Source: an uncultured Planctomycetota bacterium (GTDB taxonomy: Bacteria > Planctomycetota > Phycisphaerae > Tepidisphaerales > Tepidisphaeraceae). Taken from it: DNA of 64,000 nucleotides. The notes under the pieces are model-generated. The model did no database searches and was not told the origin of the DNA. It saw only the letters and a program-made list of their open reading frames with translations. A program made the translations under genes and the position numbers. Positions 55,097-64,000 of this stretch are shown here, piece by piece. The DNA is taken from the NCBI GenBank assembly GCA_963841915.1, contig CAWJEN010000006.1, positions 736,001-800,000 on the forward strand, given 5' to 3'. Numbering within the stretch: position 1 is the stretch's first letter; every line of letters starts with the position of its first letter.

Positions 55097-57928
55097 CTAC
55101 GAGCCCGACCCACGGCTGGCGTTGGTGTTGAACGTCGGAATGGCCGAGATCTGCTGCTGCTGGAACTGCAGCTTGCTGAGCGCCAGTTCCATGTCGAGAA
55201 ATTCCTTGCGCAGCCGTTGCTCCTTGGTGACGATCGTCTCTTCGATGTTGGCGATCCGCTGCTCGAAAGCGGCGGTCTGCTCGTCAAGCTGATCGGAGGT
55301 CAGCGTGACGATGCCGTCGACCGGGTCCGTCAGCTTGGTGATTACGTCCTGCAGGCGGTGGCCGAATCCGACGCCTGCACCATCGACGCTCGCGGTGAAC
55401 ATCTCCTTGACGGCATCGTCGTCGTCGGCCCAAGCAGCGCGGAACTTGTCCTCGTCGAACTCCAGCTTCGCCCCTTCGCCGATGCGGATGCCGATGTCGG
55501 AAAGGATGCGATACGATGGGTTGCCGGTGTTGTAGACCGTATCGACCAGGCGGTAAACGTCGCGCTCGACCCGCTGCACCGTCTGCTCGCCGAGCAGGGC
55601 ACCGCGGCGACCGGTCTCAGCGTTGTAGCTTGTTCGATCATCGAGTGATTCCCGCAGCGAATTGAAAGCCGCAATCATCGTCTCGACGTCGGTCTGGCTC
55701 TTCTCCTGATCGCTCGACACCGTGATCTCGACCGGTGTACCGGCTGTGGTGCCGAACAGGTCGATCGACAGGCCTGGCAACGCATCCTCGATCGTGTTCG
55801 TCGAAGAGGTGATCCGCAGCGGATCCTGGCCCGGAGCACCAAGCAGTACGACGGCATCGCGGGCACCGGCGATGGTGCGGGCACCGAGGCCCGTTTCGCC
55901 GGCGTCAATTGTGAATGCACCAGCCGTACCGCCGTTGCGGGCGGTCATGCTCAGCCGCCACGGTGCGTCGGGTGAGCCATCGTTGATGACTTCTGCACGG
56001 ATGCCGAAGCCGAGGCTGTTGATCTTGTTGCGGACGTCGGTGAGTGTCTCACCGGCCTCGACTTCGATACTGACCTCGAACGAGCCGTCGGCAACGCCGT
56101 CCTCAAACTCGCCACCGATACGAAGTGCTTCGGCGGCGGAGCCGTCAATGTCGCTGATGTTGAGCGTTCCGGTGCCGCCTGCGGTGTCTTCGATGAGCAG
56201 GCCGTCGCCGTTGTCGTTGACGCGTGCGCTGACGCCGATGCCGAGGCCGTTGATGCCGTTGATGACGTCGCCGAGAGTGTCGAAGCTGCCGATGGAGAGA
56301 TCCAGTTCGGCCTTTCCGCCACCGGAGTCGGTGAATTCGATGACGCCTTCGCCGATGGGTTTGCCGATGTCGTAGGTTTTCAGTGACGAGTCGACGCCGA
56401 TGAACGCCCGCTGCAGGTTGCCGCTGTCGACGGTGTCACCGTCGGCCGCGGCGTAGGTGCCGGCTATGTTGAGGTCGCTGGCCGCGGTGCCACTGTCGTC
56501 GGTGATAATCAGGTCGCCCGCACCGCCGGTCGTGTCCTGGAACACGATGCCGTTACCGGCGTCGTTGAGTCGAGCCGTCACACCGATGCCGCTGGTGTTG
56601 ACGCGGAGCAGCACATCGTCGAGGTAGGGCGTGTTGGCGTCGATGGACGCCGAGTTGCCGCTGCGATCGGTGATGGTGAAGGTTCCGGTGCTGATACCGG
56701 CCCCTCCGCGAAGCTCTTGCGACAAGATGCCACCCGGGCGGTCAGGCGTTCCCGCGGCAGCAGCCTTGGCCGCGTACAGCTCGCCACGGAGCTGGTTGGC
56801 GTCGAAGGCAGGTGACGTGGACTCAACCGACTCGTCACTGACGTCCGCCTTGATGTCGATGCCGAGTAGCTCTGCGATACCGAGCGAATTGCGGCTTTGA
56901 ATCTCCAGCTCGTCGCCGAGCGGCGTGGTGTTGTCGGTGATGATGAAGTTGCCGGTGTCGGTGTCGAGCGACAAAATAGCGGCAGAGTTCGTCTCGTCGT
57001 TGAACCGGTCGATCAGGTCACCGATCGTTGTCAGGCCGTCTGTGTTGATGTCGTGACGATTGAAATCCCGGGTGCGGACCCGCAACTCGTTCCCACCCGC
57101 GCTCGGCCATGGGTCGCCGCCGTTAAGCGTCGATAGATTGATGTCACGGGCAGCGGCAAGCATCTCGGCGTCGCTGACGGAGATGTCGGCAGGTCCCGCG
57201 CCACGAATTGTCGACGATGTCGACGAGGCACGAGTCGACTCGGCGATTCCGAGTTCCGCCGCCGCGGTGCCGTCTCCGAGATCTCGCACCCGGAGTGTGC
57301 CGGAGCCACCAGTCCGATCTTCGAGCACCAGCGCCCCTTGTTCGACACCTGCGGTGACGTCCACGTCGAGGTTGAAGTTGATGGCCGAGACCAGCTCGTC
57401 GAGCGTCGTGTAGTCACCGGTATCGAAGATGGCTGCGTTGCCGGTCCGGTCCGTGAGACGGAACTTTCCGTTGGAGATGCCCTCACCAAGATTCATCTCG
57501 CTCAGCGGCGTCTCGCGAAGCAGAGAGTTGTCCCCGACCTCGATCGTGAACGTCCCTTCAGGCACAACGGCTTCCTTGTCAGAAAAGCCACCAGTCGTTG
57601 CCTGCTGTGACTGGACGAGGGACTGGACGCGTAGCTCGTACCGACCCGTCGGAGCACCGACGCTGGCCTCGACTGTGGCCACCTGCTCGTTGCCGCTTCT
57701 GGCGGTGACGGCCTCGAAGGTGCTCGGCTTCCGCAGCGACGTGCCCGAACCCTTGAGCGCGTTGAGCCGTGTCGACAGCTCGGCGTAAGCGACCTGTGTC
57801 GAGGCTGTTTCGGCGATGCGGCTTTCGAGCTGCTGAATCGGGCGACGCTCGATCTGGATGAGTTGCTCAATGATGTTGCCGGTGTCGATGCCACTGGCAA
57901 GGCCGATGCCGCTGGTAATGGTTCCCAT
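55097..57928 (-). CDS. fliD: Flagellar filament capping protein FliD (943 aa, repeat-expanded)
   Basis: FliD_N GIGLASGIDT..IIEQLIQIER; FliD_C SSTNTI..PGL, LSDIGI..LEFDEDKF, F..ME.ALSKLQ.QQ. Confidence 0.93.
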   Translation of the reverse strand: MGTITSGIGLASGIDTGNIIEQLIQIERRPIQQLESRIAETASTQVAYAELSTRLNALKGSGTSLRKPSTFEAVTARSGNEQVATVEASVGAPTGRYELRVQSLVQSQQATTGGFSDKEAVVPEGTFTIEVGDNSLLRETPLSEMNLGEGISNGKFRLTDRTGNAAIFDTGDYTTLDELVSAINFNLDVDVTAGVEQGALVLEDRTGGSGTLRVRDLGDGTAAAELGIAESTRASSTSSTIRGAGPADISVSDAEMLAAARDINLSTLNGGDPWPSAGGNELRVRTRDFNRHDINTDGLTTIGDLIDRFNDETNSAAILSLDTDTGNFIITDNTTPLGDELEIQSRNSLGIAELLGIDIKADVSDESVESTSPAFDANQLRGELYAAKAAAAGTPDRPGGILSQELRGGAGISTGTFTITDRSGNSASIDANTPYLDDVLLRVNTSGIGVTARLNDAGNGIVFQDTTGGAGDLIITDDSGTAASDLNIAGTYAAADGDTVDSGNLQRAFIGVDSSLKTYDIGKPIGEGVIEFTDSGGGKAELDLSIGSFDTLGDVINGINGLGIGVSARVNDNGDGLLIEDTAGGTGTLNISDIDGSAAEALRIGGEFEDGVADGSFEVSIEVEAGETLTDVRNKINSLGFGIRAEVINDGSPDAPWRLSMTARNGGTAGAFTIDAGETGLGARTIAGARDAVVLLGAPGQDPLRITSSTNTIEDALPGLSIDLFGTTAGTPVEITVSSDQEKSQTDVETMIAAFNSLRESLDDRTSYNAETGRRGALLGEQTVQRVERDVYRLVDTVYNTGNPSYRILSDIGIRIGEGAKLEFDEDKFRAAWADDDDAVKEMFTASVDGAGVGFGHRLQDVITKLTDPVDGIVTLTSDQLDEQTAAFEQRIANIEETIVTKEQRLRKEFLDMELALSKLQFQQQQISAIPTFNTNASRGSGS

Positions 57929-58087
57929 GGTGTTCTCCGTCAGAGTCGACCGATCACGGAGGATCGGCCAACCCTTACGTCGGCCGCCTCAGGGGTCGAC
58001 GTGATGCGTTATCGCGCCCAGAGCATTACCGGACGTACATCACAACCAATCCGGGGTGGGCCGCACCTCAAGGCCCAAAGACGGGGA

Positions 58088-59254
58088 TTAAAAGGACAAG
58101 GCCGTCTCGCTGACAAAGTACGTCTTGCGGAGCATCGCCAGAAGGTCTTGCAGTCCCTCTGCCAGCGCTGACGGCAGCAACGGGTCCTCCGCGGCGTCGG
58201 CGGCTTCGTGGAGGAGTCGCTCCGTCGCCTGGAGCGATTCGCTGACACCCCCGAGCGCGATCAAAAGCGATCGAAGCCGCACTCCCGCCTTGATGCGATC
58301 GTCCTCAGGCACCGTTGGGGTCGACGCCTGCTGCAGGTCGGCTTCAAGCTCACCGCGACCGACCCCGCTGGCAGCCGCGAAGGCTCGAATGAGCGGTAAC
58401 GTCCGCTTGCCCTCCAGAAGATCGCACCCGATGCGGGGTTCGGCAGCAAGGTCCAGCAAATCGTTTTTCACTTGGTAGGCCTGGCCCAATGCGACGGCAT
58501 ATCGCGTGACAACTGCGCACGCGTCGGCCGGCAGATCGGCCATAATCGCACCTGTAAGCAGCGGGCCCTCGAACGTGTAGGCGGCCGTTTTGGCGTGATA
58601 GGCATCGAGGACCTGACCTTCTGTCACAGCCGACAGCGGTGCATGCCCGATCGCAATGTCAGCCGCTTGTCCAACACCCGTCCGCATTGCCACCCGGCTG
58701 GTGAGACTTAATACGCGTCTGGCGGTCTCAGCAGGCGTTTGCGGGTCGTCGGCTGCCGTGTGCCACAATCGCATGGCAGCCGCAAACAGCAGATCACCGG
58801 CCACGATGCCAAGGTTCACACCGAACGTCAGCGAATTGCTGTCGATCGTTGCCAGCCGGCGGTGGAGGCTTGGTCGACTCCGGCGACTCGTCGCAGCGTC
58901 GATGATGTCATCGTGAACGAGCAGGAACGCGTGGAACAGCTCCCATCCACATGCAGCGTCATAAGCCACATCGCTTGATGCGTCACCGCCGCACAGATCG
59001 AGGGCCCACAGGACCAGTTGCGGCCGGATGCGCTTACCACTGCTGTCGAGGGCGAAATCACGAACCATGTCGCCAAAGACGCCGGTGGTCCGGTCGGCCT
59101 CGCCGTCACTAGCGAGAAGTTCGGCGGTTCGGCGGCTCAGGTGCGCCTGGAGCCGGTCACGTTGCTGGTCAGAAAGCAGATGCACGTCGCGAGTCGGCCG
59201 AGTATCGAGGCGGCCGCCGACACCGTAGCACGGCCAGCGCTGGTCCCGTTTCAC
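58088..59254 (-). CDS. Polyprenyl diphosphate synthase
   Basis: GKRIRP, ELFHAFLLVHDDIID..RR, GDLL, GQAAD, KTAAY, AYQVKNDLLD, DLLEGKRT. Start uncertain. Confidence 0.92.
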   Translation of the reverse strand: MKRDQRWPCYGVGGRLDTRPTRDVHLLSDQQRDRLQAHLSRRTAELLASDGEADRTTGVFGDMVRDFALDSSGKRIRPQLVLWALDLCGGDASSDVAYDAACGWELFHAFLLVHDDIIDAATSRRSRPSLHRRLATIDSNSLTFGVNLGIVAGDLLFAAAMRLWHTAADDPQTPAETARRVLSLTSRVAMRTGVGQAADIAIGHAPLSAVTEGQVLDAYHAKTAAYTFEGPLLTGAIMADLPADACAVVTRYAVALGQAYQVKNDLLDLAAEPRIGCDLLEGKRTLPLIRAFAAASGVGRGELEADLQQASTPTVPEDDRIKAGVRLRSLLIALGGVSESLQATERLLHEAADAAEDPLLPSALAEGLQDLLAMLRKTYFVSETALSF

Positions 59255-59262
59255 TTGCTGCG

Positions 59263-59760
59263 CTACACGTCAAGGTCGCTCAGGAAGTTGTCCGCCGCGG
59301 CGAGAACGGCACGAGCGTTGTCAAAGGTCAACTTCTCCAATGCCGCCTCTCGGCTGAGCCAGATGTAGCCGACGTGCTCCTCGCTCAGCGACACCTCACC
59401 CACCACATCACGGTCGGCCCTGCCGACGAAGAAGATCACTTCCTTCCGAACCAAGCCCTTTCGGCTGCTCTGAAAGTGGTAAAGAATCTCTTTGCCGAAG
59501 CCGTCAATGAGGTCAACGCCTTTGCTCAGGCCGGTTTCTTCGCGCAGCTCGCGTAAGGCGGCGGTGCGATCGTCTTCGCCTGCTTCGAGGTGCCCCTTGG
59601 GGTAATCCCAGTGGCGGCCGTAGTCGAGCAGGAGAAATTCGCGTCCTGCGTCTGTGTCCCGAAACACAAGCACGCCCGCGGAACGTTCGCGGACGGCTTT
59701 GGGCTTGCCGCTCTTGCCCCGCTGAGTCGGGTCGCGGCTCGGCTCAGGGCTTGAGGGCAT
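59263..59760 (-). CDS. NUDIX hydrolase, Ap4A hydrolase-like
   Basis: SAGVLVF, HWDYPKGHLEAGE..AALRELREETG Nudix box, LSEEH. Confidence 0.92.
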   Translation of the reverse strand: MPSSPEPSRDPTQRGKSGKPKAVRERSAGVLVFRDTDAGREFLLLDYGRHWDYPKGHLEAGEDDRTAALRELREETGLSKGVDLIDGFGKEILYHFQSSRKGLVRKEVIFFVGRADRDVVGEVSLSEEHVGYIWLSREAALEKLTFDNARAVLAAADNFLSDLDV

Positions 59761-59786
59761 GGGTTAGGGTAGGGCGATAGGCCTGA

Positions 59787-59957
59787 TCAACCGTTCAAGA
59801 GGCCGACGAGCAGCGAGATGACGAAGATGACGATGCCGACGATGAGGATCAGCTTGCCGACGCCTGCGGTCATGCCCGCCGTGCCCTTGGCCCCGAGGGC
59901 GTAGAGGACGATCGAGATGATGAGGACGGCGATACCGATGTAGATGAGGTTGCCCAA
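59787..59957 (-). CDS. Small membrane protein, DUF1328-like
   Basis: 56-aa two-helix protein with ALG..G.AG....GKL..VGIVIFVISL. Confidence 0.7.
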   Translation of the reverse strand: MGNLIYIGIAVLIISIVLYALGAKGTAGMTAGVGKLILIVGIVIFVISLLVGLLNG

Positions 59958-60038
59958 GTTGTGTCTTTCGTGAGAGGAGCTGTTGTCACCGAATGGCGAC
60001 GATGCTCGCACCTTTGCAAAGGACATGCCGTCACACGT

Positions 60039-61061
60039 TTAGATCAGAAACAGCAGCCCGGCAATAAGCAGCGTTGACGCTCCGATCGCCACGCCGACAG
60101 CCGTCCGCGTCGAATGGCCGGATTGCTTGAGCGCCAGCCAGTCGACCGGTCCTGCCAGGAATAGTCCGACGAGCGCGAGGCTGATTGGCCAGTCGGAGCT
60201 GCCTTCGGTCGCACCTGCCGTGTCCGCGGCCGCCACGACGACGCGGGGCGGGGCGTCAAGCCTCACAGGTGCCGTCTCGAAGAATCTCAGGCTGCCTTGT
60301 TCTACCTCGCGATGCCAGGGTGCATCGCTTTCGGGTTGCCCTTCGATGATCCATCTGCCGCCACCTTCATCATCGACGGCACGGCGAAGCGGCCCCAGCC
60401 CGGCATCGTTCATCAGCGACGCCAGCGGCGACTCGATGGCCGAGGGCACGGGATCACCCGAAAGCCAAAGGGTCAATTGCCCGCCGCCTCGCACCCGTTC
60501 GGCAATGGCGGCCTGCACATCGACTGGTAGCCGCGTCAGATTGATGTCAGCCAGGATCAACTCGTCCAGAGCGGCGTAGGCCTCTGCCTCACGCGGCAAC
60601 AGGTCCGGTGGCATCCGCGTGGTGGTCGCCCCCTGAACCGTCGGCAGCTCGCCTCCCACCACGACGGCAAGCGGATCGACATCCAGCAGCAAGTTGACCG
60701 AAAACACGTTCGGCCGCACCGGCTCGGCAGGCCACCGAACCAGCGTCTTATCAGTCTCTGCGTCGGCGATCCGCAGATTTGTAGCCCACGCGTCGACGTC
60801 CAAAGGCAACGTCATAAGAAACGTCTGCCGGCCAGGATTGACAACCGCCTGCTCTCGGAGAACGAGGGATGGCTCGTTTGGCTGCGGAACGACCCACTCC
60901 AGCTTGACCGCACGTCGCTCCGTCGACTTGATCGTCACCGCAGCCGGATGGGCAAGGCCGGGGCGAATGAGGTCGTTCCAGCCGAGATCGACAGCGACGG
61001 TGATTCCACCGGCAGCGGGAGCGGCGAGGAGAAGAAGCACGATCCACGCAAGCCGACGCAC
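60039..61061 (-). CDS. Hypothetical exported/membrane protein
   Basis: Signal peptide VRRLAWIVLLLLAAPAAG; LP..AEAYAALD; C-terminal GPVDW.AL TM pair; TATGCT 6 nt before the GTG. Confidence 0.72.
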   Translation of the reverse strand: MRRLAWIVLLLLAAPAAGGITVAVDLGWNDLIRPGLAHPAAVTIKSTERRAVKLEWVVPQPNEPSLVLREQAVVNPGRQTFLMTLPLDVDAWATNLRIADAETDKTLVRWPAEPVRPNVFSVNLLLDVDPLAVVVGGELPTVQGATTTRMPPDLLPREAEAYAALDELILADINLTRLPVDVQAAIAERVRGGGQLTLWLSGDPVPSAIESPLASLMNDAGLGPLRRAVDDEGGGRWIIEGQPESDAPWHREVEQGSLRFFETAPVRLDAPPRVVVAAADTAGATEGSSDWPISLALVGLFLAGPVDWLALKQSGHSTRTAVGVAIGASTLLIAGLLFLI

Positions 61062-61142
61062 GACAGGAGCATAACGCGGACGCACTTGATTCGCTTCCCG
61101 GCGTCTCGAACACTTGCGGTGCCCTTGAAGCACTCGGTTCCC

Positions 61143-61448
61143 ATGCTCCCGCGGACGCTCGTCTTCGCTGCCGTCGTTTTGACGGTCTGTTGCGTCGATG
61201 GTGGCGTGCTTCGGCAGGGTGTGGTCCTGCGGGCGGCGCAGGTGTCGGCTGAGCAACAACGTCCGCGTGCGGAGGTCCGCCGCTACGCCCGCCCGACGCG
61301 GCAGGCGGTTCGCCCGACCGCGATTGCGTGGGCGGATCAACGGCCGTGTGTCGCAAGCTCGGTCGAGGTCGACGCTGTTGCGCCTGAGACTTTGGTCGGT
61401 GCAGCCTTATCGTTTGCGGAATTGCGGATGCCGCCGCCGATGGCGTGA
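61143..61448 (+). CDS. secA upstream ORF, putative translation-arrest/secretion-monitor peptide
   Basis: 101 aa: N-terminal hydrophobic segment, Arg-rich linker, C-terminal FAELRMPPPMA; ends 99 nt before secA. Confidence 0.6.
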   Translation: MLPRTLVFAAVVLTVCCVDGGVLRQGVVLRAAQVSAEQQRPRAEVRRYARPTRQAVRPTAIAWADQRPCVASSVEVDAVAPETLVGAALSFAELRMPPPMA

Positions 61449-61547
61449 TGTGGCGTCTGTCTCCTCTTGTCTCCATATCACGCTCCGCAGCGGCCGCCTT
61501 CGGGTGGACGCTGTCGTCCGCACCGCACATCGCTTTCCGCACCTCCC

Positions 61548-64000
<2,453 letters not shown>

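Noticed and set aside
57929..58087. Sigma-28 promoter upstream of fliD
   Set aside because: GCCGAT/CGATAA-like words are present, but none has a properly spaced TAAA/TCAA -35 element.

Overview
GC-rich bacterial chromosomal window of about 58 CDSs. It is most consistent with Planctomycetota, class Phycisphaerae (inference from the SecA and FliD architecture, ECF sigma modules and scarce Shine-Dalgarno sites). Housekeeping genes: hemA, rpmI-rplT, tpiA-secG-yicC, lysA, clpS, a metB-type transsulfuration enzyme, trpA and partial secA. It also holds a MacAB-TolC-type exporter operon, two ECF sigma/anti-sigma modules, an orphan 943-aa fliD, and a divergent ~18-kb Wzx/Wzy exopolysaccharide locus (29140-47314) with a nucleotide-sugar arm. 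No rRNA, tRNA, CRISPR array, prophage or transposase was recognised. Several genes carry single-base frameshifts, probably assembly errors. Most notable: (1) a small signal-peptide uORF ending ...FAELRMPPPMA directly upstream of secA, with a hairpin over its stop codon, a candidate SecM-like ribosome-arrest sensor; (2) a recurring TAnnnT-N5/6-start signature pointing to widespread leaderless mRNAs; (3) an EPS locus with a GGDEF-like priming transferase, a probably kinase-dead Wzc, and a C-methyl-sugar pathway with no 4,6-dehydratase; (4) a multi-hairpin intergenic region that may encode a minus-strand ncRNA.
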